A DNA stretch of 64,000 bases, from assembly GCA_964016885.1 (NCBI GenBank), contig OZ024743.1, positions 221,960,001 through 222,024,000 of the forward strand, in the 5' to 3' direction. The translations under genes and the position numbers were made by a program. A model generated the notes under the pieces. That model saw nothing but the letters and a program-made list of their open reading frames with translations. It searched no databases and was not told the DNA's origin. Below, piece after piece: positions 16,301 to 31,300 of this stretch. Position 1 is the stretch's first letter. Each line of letters starts with the position of its first letter. Origin of the DNA: Eledone cirrhosa. Lineage: Eukaryota.

Positions 16301-19300
16301 GTGTACAATAGGTACATCATATCTTTAACATAGTTGTGTATCTGGTGTACAATAGGTACATCATATCTTTAACATAACTGTGTATCTGGTGTACAATAGG
16401 TACATCATAGCTTTAACATAGTTGTGTACATCTGGTGTACAATAGGTACATCATATCTTTAACATAGTTGTGTATCTGGTGTACAATAGGTACATCATAT
16501 CTTTAACATAACTGTGTATCTGGTATACAATAGGTACATCATATCTTTAACATAGTTGTGTATCTGGTATACAATAGGTACATCATATCTTTAACATAAC
16601 TGTGTATATGGTGTACAATAGGTACATCATATCTTTAACATAGTTGTTTATCTGGTGTACAATAGGTACATCATATATTTACCATAGTTGTGTATATGGT
16701 GTACAATAGGTACATCATATCTTTAACATAGTTGTGTATCTGGTGTACAATAGGTACATCATATCTTTAACATAGTTGTGTATCTGGTGTACAATAGGTA
16801 CATCATATCTTTAACATAGTTGTGTATATGGTGTACAATAGATACATCATATCTTTAACATAGTTGTGTATCTGGTGTACAATAGGTACATCATATCTTT
16901 AACATAACAGTGTATCTGGTGTACAATAGGTACATCATATCTTTAACATAGTTGTGTATATGGTGTACAATAGGTACATCATATCTTTAACATAGTTGTG
17001 TATCTGGTGTACAATAGGTACATCATATCTTTAACATAGTTGTGTATCTGGTGTACAATATGTACATCATATCTTTAACATAACTGTGTATCTGGTGTAC
17101 AATAGGTACATCATATATTTAACATAGTTGTGTATCTGGTGTACAATAGGTACATCATATCTTTAACATAGTTGTGTATCTGGTGTACAATAGGTACATC
17201 ATATCTTTAACATAACTGTGTATCTGGTGTACAATAGGTACATCATATCTTTAACATAGTTGTGTATCTGGTGTACAATAGGTACATCATATCTTTAACA
17301 TAGCTGTGTATATGGTGTACAATAGGTACATCATATCTTTAACATAGTTGTGTATATGGTGTACAATAGGTACATCATATCTTTAACAAAGTTGTGTATA
17401 TGGTGTACAATAGGTACATCATATCTTTAACATAGTTGTGTATCTGGTGTACAATAGGTACATCATATCTTTAACATAGCTGTGTATATGGTGTACAATA
17501 GGTACATCATATATTTAACATAGTTGTGTATCTGGTGTACAATAGGTACATCATATATTTAACGTAGTTGTGTATATGGTGTACAATAGATACATCATAT
17601 CTTTAATATAACTGTGTATCTGGTGTACAATAGATACATCATATCTTTAACATAGTTGTGTATCTGGTGTACAATAGGTACATCATATCTTTAACATAAC
17701 TGTGTATCTGGTGTCAATAGATACATCATATCTTTAACATAGTTGTGTATCTGGTGTACAATAGGTACATCATATCTTTAACATAGTTGTGTATCTGGTG
17801 TACAATAGGTACATCATATCTTTAACATAGTTGTGTATCTGGTGTACAATAGGTACATCATATCTTTAACATAACTGTGTATCTGGTGTACAATAGGTAC
17901 ATCATATCTTTAACATAACTGTGTATCTGGTGTACAATAGGTACATCATATATTTAACATAACTGTGTATCTGGTGTACAATAGGTACATCATATATTTA
18001 ACATAGTTGTGTATATGGTGTACAATAGGTACATCATATCTTTAACATAGTTGTGTATCTGGTGTACAATGGGTACATTATATCTTTAACATAGTTGTGT
18101 ATCTGGTGTACAATAGGTACATCATATCTTTAACATAACTGTGTATCTGGTGTACAATAGGTACATCATATATATAACATAGTTGTGTATATGGTGTACA
18201 ATAGGTACATCATATCTTTAACATAGTTGTGTATCTGGTGTACAATAGGTACATCATATCTTTAACATAACTGTGTATCTGGTGTACAATAGGTACATCA
18301 TAGCTTTAACATAGTTGTGTACATCTGGTGTACAATAGGTACATCATATCTTTAACATAGTTGTGTATCTGGTGTACAATAGGTACATCATATCTTTAAC
18401 ATAACTGTGTATCTGGTATACAATAGGTACATCATATCTTTAACATAGTTGTGTATCTGGTGTACAATAGGTACATCATATCTTTAACATAACTGTGTAT
18501 ATGGTGTACAATAGGTACATCATATCTTTAACATAGTTGTGTATCTGATGTACAATAGGTACATCATATATTTAACGTAGTTGTGTATATGGTGTACAAT
18601 AGATACATCATATCTTTAACATAACTGTGTATCTGGTGTACAATAGATACATCATATCTTTAACATAGTTGTGTATCTGGTGTACAATAGGTACATCATA
18701 TCTTTAACATAACTGTGTATCTGGTGTCAATAGATACATCATATCTTTAACATAGTTGTGTATCTGGTGTACAATAGGTACATCATATCTTTAACATAGT
18801 TGTGTATCTGGTGTACAATAGGTACATCATATCTTTAACATAGTTGTGTATCTGGTGTACAATAGGTACATCATATCTTTAACATAACTGTGTATCTGGT
18901 GTACAATAGGTACATCATATCTTTAACATAACTGTGCATCTGGTGTACAATAGGTACATCATATATTTAACATTACTGTGTATCTGGTGTACAATAGGTA
19001 CATCATATATTTAACATAGTTGTGTATATGGTGTACAATAAGTACATCATATCTTTAACATAGTTGTGTATCTGGTGTACAATAGGTACATTATATCTTT
19101 AACATAGTTGTGTATCTGGTGTACAATAGGTACATCATATCTTTAACATAACTGTGTATCTGGTGTACAATAGGTACATCATATATATAACATAGTTGTG
19201 TATATGGTGTACAATAGGTACATCATATCTTTAACATATTTGTGTATCTGGTGTACAATAGATACATCATATCTTTAACATAGTTGTGTATCTGGTGTAC

Positions 19301-22300
19301 AATAGGTACATCATATCTTTAACATAACAGTGTATCTGGTGTACAATAGGTACATCATATCTTTAACATAGTTGTGTATATGGTGTACAATAGGTACATC
19401 ATATCTTTAACATAGTTGTGTATCTGGTGTACAATAGGTACATCATATCTTTAACATAGTTGTGTATCTGGTGTACAATATGTACATCATATCTTTAACA
19501 TAACTGTGTATCTGGTGTACAATAGGTACATCATATATTTAACATAGTTGTGTATCTGGTGTACAATAGGTACATCATATCTTTAACATAGTTGTGTATC
19601 TGGTGTACAATAGGTACATCATATCTTTAACATAACTGTGTATCTGGTGTACAATAGGTACATCATATCTTTAACATAGTTGTGTATCTGGTGTACAATA
19701 GGTACATCATATCTTTAACATAGCTGTGTATATGGTGTACAATAGGTACATCATATCTTTAACATAGTTGTGTATATGGTGTACAATAGGTACATCATAT
19801 CTTTAACAAAGTTGTGTATATGGTGTACAATAGGTACATCATATCTTTAACATAGTTGTGTATCTGGTGTACAATAGGTACATCATATCTTTAACATAGC
19901 TGTGTATATGGTGTACAATAGGTACATCATATATTTAACATAGTTGTGTATCTGGTGTACAATAGGTACATCATATATTTAACGTAGTTGTGTATATGGT
20001 GTACAATAGATACATCATATCTTTAATATAACTGTGTATCTGGTGTACAATAGATACATCATATCTTTAACATAGTTGTGTATCTGGTGTACAATAGGTA
20101 CATCATATCTTTAACATAACTGTGTATCTGGTGTCAATAGATACATCATATCTTTAACATAGTTGTGTATCTGGTGTACAATAGGTACATCATATCTTTA
20201 ACATAGTTGTGTATCTGGTGTACAATAGGTACATCATATCTTTAACATAGTTGTGTATCTGGTGTACAATAGGTACATCATATCTTTAACATAACTGTGT
20301 ATCTGGTGTACAATAGGTACATCATATCTTTAACATAACTGTGTATCTGGTGTACAATAGGTACATCATATATTTAACATAACTGTGTATCTGGTGTACA
20401 ATAGGTACATCATATATTTAACATAGTTGTGTATATGGTGTACAATAGGTACATCATATCTTTAACATAGTTGTGTATCTGGTGTACAATAGGTACATTA
20501 TATCTTTAACATAGTTGTGTATCTGGTGTACAATAGGTACATCATATCTTTAACATAACTGTGTATCTGGTGTACAATAGGTACATCATATATATAACAT
20601 AGTTGTGTATATGGTGTACAATAGGTACATCATATCTTTAACATAGTTGTGTATCTGGTGTACAATAGGTACATCATATCTTTAACATAACTGTGTATCT
20701 GGTGTACAATAGGTACATCATAGCTTTAACATAGTTGTGTACATCTGGTGTACAATAGGTACATCATATCTTTAACATAGTTGTGTATCTGGTGTACAAT
20801 AGGTACATCATATCTTTAACATAACTGTGTATCTGGTATACAATAGGTACATCATATCTTTAACATAGTTGTGTATCTGGTGTACAATAGGTACATCATA
20901 TCTTTAACATAACTGTGTATATGGTGTACAATAGGTACATCATATCTTTAACATAGTTGTGTATCTGATGTACAATAGGTACATCATATATTTAACGTAG
21001 TTGTGTATATGGTGTACAATAGATACATCATATCTTTAACATAACTGTGTATATGGTGTACAATAGATACATCATATCTTTAACATAGTTGTGTATCTGG
21101 TGTACAATAGGTACATCATATCTTTAACATAACTGTGTATCTGGTGTCAATAGATACATCATATCTTTAACATAGTTGTGTATCTGGTGTACAATAGGTA
21201 CATCATATCTTTAACATAGTTGTGTATCTGGTGTACAATAGGTACATCATATCTTTAACATAGTTGTGTATCTGGTGTACAATAGGTACATCATATCTTT
21301 AACATAACTGTGTATCTGGTGTACAATAGGTACATCATATCTTTAACATAACTGTGCATCTGGTGTACAATAGGTACATCATATATTTAACATTACTGTG
21401 TATCTGGTGTACAATAGGTACATCATATATTTAACATAGTTGTGTATATGGTGTACAATAGGTACATCATATCTTTAACATAGTTGTGTATCTGGTGTAC
21501 AATAGGTACATTATATCTTTAACATAGTTGTGTATCTGGTGTACAATAGGTACATCATATCTTTAACATAACTGTGTATCTGGTGTACAATAGGTACATC
21601 ATATATATAACATAGTTGTGTATATGGTGTACAATAGGTACATCATATCTTTAACATAGTTGTGTATCTGGTGTACAATAGGTACATCATATCTTTAACA
21701 TAACTGTGTATCTGGTGTACAATAGGTACATCATAGCTTTAACATAGTTGTGTACATCTGGTGTACAATAGGTACATCATATCTTTAACATAGTTGTGTA
21801 TCTGGTGTACAATAGGTACATCATATCTTTAACATAACTGTGTATCTGGTATACAATAGGTACATCATATCTTTAACATAGTTGTGTATCTGGTATACAA
21901 TATGTACATCATATCTTTAACATAACTGTGTATATGGTGTACAATAGGTACATCATATCTTTAACATAGTTGTTTATCTGGTGTACAATAGGTACATCAT
22001 ATATTTACCATAGTTGTGTATATGGTGTACAATAGGTACATCATATCTTTAACATAGTTGTGTATCTAGTGTACAATAGGTACATCATATCTTTAACATA
22101 GTTGTGTATCTGGTGTACAATAGGTACATCATATCTTTAACATAGTTGTGTATATGGTGTACAATAGATACATCATATCTTTAACATAGTTGTGTATCTG
22201 GTGTACAATAGGTACATCATATCTTTAACATAACAGTGTATCTGGTGTACAATAGGTACATCATATCTTTAACATAGTTGTGTATATGGTGTACAATAGG

Positions 22301-25300
22301 TACATCATATCTTTAACATAGTTGTGTATCTGGTGTACAATAGGTACATCATATCTTTAACATAGTTGTGTATCTGGTGTACAATATGTACATCATATCT
22401 TTAACATAACTGTGTATCTGGTGTAAAATAGGTACATCATATATTTAACATAGTTGTGTATCTGGTGTACAATAGGTACATCATATCTTTAACATAGTTG
22501 TGTATCTGGTGTACAATAGGTACATCATATCTTTAACATAACTGTGTATCTGGTGTACAATAGGTACATCATATCTTTAACATAGTTGTGTATCTGGTGT
22601 ACAATAGGTACATCATATCTTTAACATAGCTGTGTATATGGTGTACAATAGGTACATCATATCTTTAACATAGTTGTGTATATGGTGTACAATAGGTACA
22701 TCATATCTTTAACAAAGTTGTGTATATGGTGTACAATAGGTACATCATATCTTTAACATAGTTGTGTATCTGGTGTACAATAGGTACATCATATCTTTAA
22801 CATAGCTGTGTATATGGTGTACAATAGGTACATCATATATTTAACATAGTTGTGTATCTGGTGTACAATAGGTACATCATATATTTAACGTAGTTGTGTA
22901 TATGGTGTACAATAGATACATCATATCTTTAATATAACTGTGTATCTGGTGTACAATAGATACATCATATCTTTAACATAGTTGTGTATCTGGTGTACAA
23001 TAGGTACATCATATCTTTAACATAACTGTGTATCTGGTGTCAATAGATACATCATATCTTTAACATAGTTGTGTATCTGGTGTACAATAGGTACATCATA
23101 TCTTTAACATAGTTGTGTATCTGGTGTACAATAGGTACATCATATCTTTAACATAGTTGTGTATCTGGTGTACAATAGGTACATCATATCTTTAACATAA
23201 CTGTGTATCTGGTGTACAATAGGTACATCATATCTTTAACATAACTGTGTATCTGGTGTACAATAGGTACATCATATATTTAACATAACTGTGTATCTGG
23301 TGTACAATAGGTACATCATATATTTAACATAGTTGTGTATATGGTGTACAATAGGTACATCATATCTTTAACATAGTTGTGTATCTGGTGTACAATAGGT
23401 ACATTATATCTTTAACATAGTTGTGTATCTGGTGTACAATAGGTACATCATATCTTTAACATAACTGTGTATCTGGTGTACAATAGGTACATCATATATA
23501 TAACATAGTTGTGTATATGGTGTACAATAGGTACATCATATCTTTAACATAGTTGTGTATCTGGTGTACAATAGGTACATCATATCTTTAACATAACTGT
23601 GTATCTGGTGTACAATAGGTACATCATAGCTTTAACATAGTTGTGTACATCTGGTGTACAATAGGTACATCATATCTTTAAAATAGTTGTGTATCTGGTG
23701 TACAATAGGTACATCATATCTTTAACATAACTGTGTATCTGGTATACAATAGGTACATCATATCTTTAACATAGTTGTGTATCTGGTATACAATAGGTAC
23801 ATCATATCTTTAACATAACTGTGTATATGGTGTACAATAGGTACATCATATCTTTAACATAGTTGTGTATCTGGTGTACAATAGGTACATCATATATTTA
23901 CCATAGTTGTGTATATGGTGTACAATAGGTACATCATATCTTTAACATAGTTGTGTATCTGGTGTACAATAGGTACATCATATCTTTAACATAGTTGTGT
24001 ATCTGGTGTACAATAGGTACATCATATTTTTAACATAGTTGTGTATATGGTGTACAATAGGTACATCATATATTTAACATAACTGTGTATCTGGTGTACA
24101 ATAGGTACATCATATATTTAACATAGTTGTGTATATGGTGTACAATAGGTACATCATATCTTTAACATAGTTGTGTATCTGGTGTACAATAGGTACATTA
24201 TATCTTTAACATAGTTGTGTATCTGGTGTACAATAGGTACATCATATATTTAACATATTTGTGTATCTGGTGTACAATAGATACATCATATCTTTAACAT
24301 AGTTGTGTATCTGGTGTACAATAGGTACATCATATCTTTAACATAACAGTGTATCTGGTGTACAATAGGTACATCATATCTTTAACATAGTTGTGTATAT
24401 GGTGTACAATAGGTACATCATATCTTTAACATAGTTGTGTATCTGGTGTACAATAGGTACATCATATCTTTAACATAGTTGTGTATCTGGTGTACAATAT
24501 GTACATCATATCTTTAACATAACTGTGTATCTGGTGTACAATAGGTACATCATATATTTAACATAGTTGTGTATCTGGTGTACAATAGGTACATCATATC
24601 TTTAACATAGTTGTGTATCTGGTGTACAATAGGTACATCATATCTTTAACATAACCTTGTATCTGGTGTACAATAGGTACATCATATCTTTAACATAGTT
24701 GTGTATCTGGTGTACAATAGGTACATCATATCTTTAACATAGCTGTGTATATGGTGTACAATAGGTACATCATATCTTTAACATAGTTGTGTATATGGTG
24801 TACAATAGGTACATCATATCTTTAACAAAGTTGTGTATATGGTGTACAATAGGTACATCATATCTTTAACATAGTTGTGTATCTGGTGTACAATAGGTAC
24901 ATCATATCTTTAACATAACTGTGTATCTGGTGTACAATAGGTACATCATATCTTTAACATAGTTGTGTATCTGGTGTACAATAGGTACATCATATCTTTA
25001 ACATAGCTGTGTATATGGTGTACAATAGGTACATCATATCTTTAACATAGTTGTGTATCTGGTGTACAATAGGTACATCATATATTTAACGTAGTTGTGT
25101 ATATGGTGTACAATAGATACATCATATCTTTAATATAACTGTGTATCTGGTGTACAATAGATACATCATATCTTTAACATAGTTGTGTATCTGGTGTACA
25201 ATAGGTACATCATATCTTTAACATAACTGTGTATCTGGTGTCAATAGATACATCATATCTTTAACATAGTTGTGTATCTGGTGTACAATAGGTACATCAT

Positions 25301-28300
25301 ATCTTTAACATAGTTGTGTATCTGGTGTACAATAGGTACATCATATCTTTAACATAGTTGTGTATCTGGTGTACAATAGGTACATCATATCTTTAACATA
25401 ACTGTGTATCTGGTGTACAATAGGTACATCATATCTTTAACATAACTGTGTATCTGGTGTACAATAGGTACATCATATATTTAACATAACTGTGTATCTG
25501 GTGTACAATAGGTACATCATATATTTAACATAGTTGTGTATATGGTGTACAATAGGTACATCATATCTTTAACATAGTTGTGTATCTGGTGTACAATAGG
25601 TACATTATATCTTTAACATAGTTGTGTATCTGGTGTACAATAGGTACATCATATATTTAACATAGTTGTGTATCTGGTGTACAATAGATACATCATATCT
25701 TTAACATAGTTGTGTATCTGGTGTACAATAGGTACATCATATCTTTAACATAGTTATGTATCTGGTGTACAATAGGTACATCATATCTTTAACATAGTTG
25801 TGTATATGGTGTACAATAGGTACATCATATCTTTAACATAGTTGTGTATCTGGTGTACAATAGGTACATCATATCTTTAACATAGTTGTGTATCTGGTGT
25901 ACAATAGGTACATCATATCTTTAACATAGTTGTGTATATGGTGTACAATAGGTACATCATATATTTAACATAACTGTGTATCTGGTGTACAATAGGTACA
26001 TCATATATTTAACATAGTTGTGTATATGGTGTACAATAGGTACGTCATATCTTTAACATAGTTGTGTATCTGGTGTACAATAGGTACATTATATCTTTAA
26101 CATAGTTGTGTATCTGGTGTACAATAGGTACATCATATATTTAACATATTTGTGTATCTGGTGTACAATAGATACATCATATCTTTAACATAGTTGCGTA
26201 TCTGGTGTACAATAGGTACATCATATCTTTAACATAACAGTGTATCTGGTGTACAATAGGTACATCATATCTTTAACATAGTTGTGAATATGGTGTACAA
26301 TAGGTACATCATATCTTTAACATAGTTGTGTATCTGGTGTACAATAGGTACATCATATCTTTAACATAGTTGTGTATCTGGTGTACAATATGTACATCAT
26401 ATCTTTAACATAACTGTGTATCTGGTGTACAATAGGTACATCATATATTTAACATAGTTGTGTATCTGGTGTACAATAGGTACATCATATCTTTAACATA
26501 GTTGTGTATCTGGTGTACAATAGGTACATCATATCTTTAACATAACTGTGTATCTGGTGTACAATAGGTACATCATATCTTTAACATAGTTGTGTATCTG
26601 GTGTACAATAGGTACATCATATCTTTAACATAGCTGTGTATATGGTGTACAATAGGTACATCATATCTTTAACATAGTTGTGTATATGCTGTACAATGGG
26701 TACATCATATCTTTAACAAAGTTGTGTATATGGTTTACAATAGGTACATCATATCTTTAACATAGTTGTGTATCTGGTTTACAATAGGTACATCATGTCT
26801 TTAACATAACTGTGTATCTGGTGTACAATAGATACATCATATCTTTAACATAGTTGTGTGTCTGGTGTACAATAGATACATCATATCTTTAAGATAACTG
26901 TGTATCTGGTGTACAATAGGTACATCATATCTTTAACATAGTTGTGTATCTGGTGTACAATAGGTACATCATATCTTTAACATAACTGTGTATATGGTGT
27001 ACAATAGGTACATCATATCTTTAACATAGTTGTGTATCTGGTGTACAATAGGTACATCATATATTTAACGTAGTTGTGTATATGGTGTACAATAGATACA
27101 TCATATCTTTAACATAACTGTGTATCTGGTGTACAATAGATACATCATATCTTTAACATAGTTGTGTATCTGGTGTACAATAGGTACATCATATCTTTAA
27201 CATAACTGTGTATCTGGTGTCAATAGATACATCATATCTTTAACATAGTTGTGTATCTGGTGTACAATAGGTACATCATATCTTTAACATAGTTGTGTAT
27301 CTGGTGTACAATAGGTACATCATATCTTTAACATAGTTGTGTATCTGGTGTACAATAGGTACATCATATCTTTAACATAACTGTGTATCTGGTGTACAAT
27401 AGGTACATCATATCTTTAACATAACTGTGTATCTGGTGTACAATAGGTACATCATATATTTAACATAACTGTGTATCTGGTGTACAATAGGTACATCATA
27501 TATTTAACATAGTTGTGTATATGGTGTACAATAGGTACATCATATCTTTAACATAGTTGTGTATCTGGTGTACAATAGGTACATTATATCTTTAACATAG
27601 TTGTGTATCTGGTGTACAATAGGTACATCATATATTTAACATAGTTGTGTATCTGGTGTACAATAGATACATCATATCTTTAACATAGTTGTGTATCTGT
27701 GTACAATAGGTACATCATATCTTTAACATAGTTATGTATCTGGTGTACAATAGGTACATCATATCTTTAACATAGTTGTGTATATGGTGTACAATAGGTA
27801 CATCATATCTTTAACATAGTTGTGTATCTGGTGTACAATAGGTGCATCATATCTTTAACATAGTTGTGTATCTGGTGTACAATAGGTACATCATATCTTT
27901 AACATAGTTGTGTATATGGTGTACAATAGGTACATCATATCTTTAACATAGTTGTGTATATGGTGTACAATAGGTACATCATATCTTCAACATAGTTGTG
28001 TATCTGGTTGACAATAGGTACATCATATCTTTAACATAACTGTGTATCTGGTGTACAATAGATACATCATATCTTTAACATAGTTGTGTATCTGGTGTAC
28101 AATATGTACATCATATCTTTAACATAACTGTGTATCTGGTGTACAATAGGTACATCATATATTTAACATAGTTGTGTATCTGGTGTACAATAGGTACATC
28201 ATATCTTTAACATAGTTGTGTATCTGGTGTACAATAGGTACATCATATCTTTAACATAACTGTGTATCTGGTGTACAATAGGTACATCATATCTTTAACA

Positions 28301-31300
28301 TAGTTGTGTATCTGGTGTACAATAGGTACATCATATCTTTAACATAGCTGTGTATATGGTGTACAATAGGTACATCATATCTTTAACATAGTTGTGTATA
28401 TGGTGTACAATAGGTACATCATATCTTTAACAAAGTTGTGTATATGGTGTACAATAGGTACATCATATCTTTAACATAGTTGTGTATCTGGTTTACAATA
28501 GGTACATCATGTCTTTAACATAACTGTGTATCTGGTGTACAATAGATACATCATATCTTTAACATAGTTGTGTGTCTGGTGTACAATAGATACATCATAT
28601 CTTTAAGATAACTGTGTATCTGGTGTACAATAGGTACATCATATCTTTAACATAGTTGTGTATCTGGTGTACAATAGGTACATCATATCTTTAACATAAC
28701 TGTGTATATGGTGTACAATAGTTACATCATATCTTTAACATAGTTGTTTATCTGGTGTACAATAGGTACATCATATATTTAACGTAGTTGTGTATATGGT
28801 GTACAATAGATACATCATATCTTTAACATAACTGTGTATCTGGTGTACAATAGATACATCATATCTTTAACATAGTTGTGTATCTGGTGTACAATAGGTA
28901 CATCATATCTTTAACATAACTGTGTATCTGGTGTCAATAGATACATCATATCTTTAACATAGTTGTGTAGCTGGTGTACAATAGGTACATCATATCTTTA
29001 ACATAGTTGTGTATCTGGTGTACAATAGGTACATCATATCTTTAACATAGTTGTGTATCTGGTGTACAATATGTACATCATATCTTTAACATAACTGTGT
29101 ATCTGGTGTACAATAGGTACATCATATCTTTAACATAGTTGTGTATCTGGTGTACAATAGGTACATCATATCTTTAACATAGTTGTGTATCTGGTGTACA
29201 ATAGGTACATCATATATTTAACATAACTGTGTATCTGGTATACAATAGGTACATCATATCTTTAACATAGTTGTGTATCTTGAGTACAATAGGTACATCA
29301 TATCTTTAACATAGTTGTGTATCTGGTGTACAATAGGTACATCATATCTTTAACATAGTTGTGTATATGGTGTACAATAGGTACATCATATATTTAACAT
29401 AACTGTGTATCTGGTGTACAATAGGTACATCATATATTTAACATAGTTGTGTATATGGTGTACAATAGGTAAATCATATCTTTAACATAGTTGTGTATCT
29501 GGTGTACAATAGGTACATCATATCTTTAACATAGTTGTGTATATGGTGTACAATAGTTACATCATATATTTAACATAACTGTGTATCTGGTGTACAATAG
29601 GTACATCATATATTTAACATAGTTGTGTATATGGTGTACAATAGGTACATCATATCTTTAACATAGTTGTGTATCTGGTGTACAATAGGTACATCATATA
29701 TTTAACATGGTTGTGTATCTGGTGTACAATAGATACATCATATCTTTAACATAGTTGTGTATCTGGTGTACAATAGGTACATCATATCTTTAACATAACA
29801 GTGTATCTGGTTAACAATAAGTACATCATATCTTTAACATAGTTGTGTATATGGTGTACAATAGGTACATCATATCTTTAACATAGTTGTGTATCTGGTG
29901 TACAATAGGTACATCATATCTTTAACATAGTTGTGTATCTGGTGTACAATAGGTACATCATATCTTTAACATAGTTGTGTATATGGTGTACAATAGGTAC
30001 ATCATATATTTAACATAGTTGTGTATATGGTGTACAATAGGTACATCATATCTTTAACATAGTTGTGTATCTGGTTGACAATAGGTACATCATATCTTTA
30101 ACATAACTGTGTATCTGGTGTACAATAGATACATCATATCTTTAACATAGTTGTGTATCTGGTGTACAATATGTACATCATATCTTTAACATAACTGTGT
30201 ATCTAATGTACAATAGGTACATCATATATTTAACATAGTTGTGTATCTGGTGTACAATAGGTACATCATATCTTTAACATAGTTGTGTATCTGGTGTACA
30301 ATAGGTACATCCTATCTTTAACATAACTGTGTATCTGGTGTACAATAGGTACATCATATCTTTAACATAGTTGTGTATCTGGTGTACAATAGGTACATCA
30401 TATCTTTAACATAGCTGTGTATATGGTGTACAATAGGTACATCATATCTTTAACATAGTTGTGTATATGGTGTACAATAGGTACATCATATCTTTAACAA
30501 AGTTGTGTATATGGTGTACAATAGGTACATCATATCTTTAACATAGTTGTGTATCTGGTTTACAATAGGTACATCATATCTTTAACATAACTGTGTATCT
30601 GGTGTACAATAGATACATCATATCTTTAACATAGTTGTGTATCTGGTGTACAATAGATACATCATATCTTTAAGATAACTGTGTATCTGGTGTACAATAG
30701 GTACATCATATCTTTAACATAGTTGTGTATCTGGTGTACAATAGGTACATCATATCTTTAACATAACTGTGTATCTGGTGTACAATAGATACATCATATC
30801 TTTAACATAGTTGTGTATCTGGTGTACAATAGGTACATCATATCTTTAACATAACTGTGTATCTGGTGTACAATAGATACATCATATCTGTAACATAGTT
30901 GTGTATCTGGTGTACAATAGGTACATCATATCTTTAACATAGTTGTGTATCTGGTGTACAATAGGTACATCATATCTTTAACATAGTTGTGTATCTGGTG
31001 TACAATAGGTACATCATATCTTTAACATAACTGTGTATCTGGTGTACAATAGGTACATCATATCTTTAACATAGTTGTGTATCTGGTGTACAATAGGTAC
31101 ATCATATCTTTAACATAGTTGTGTATATGGTGTACAATAGATACATAATATCTTTAACATAGTTGTGTATATGGTGTACAATAGGTACATCATATATTTA
31201 ACATAGTTGTGTATCTGGTGTACAATAGGTACATCATATCTTTAACATAGTTGTATATCTGGTGTACAATAGGTACATCATATCTTTAACATAACTGTGT

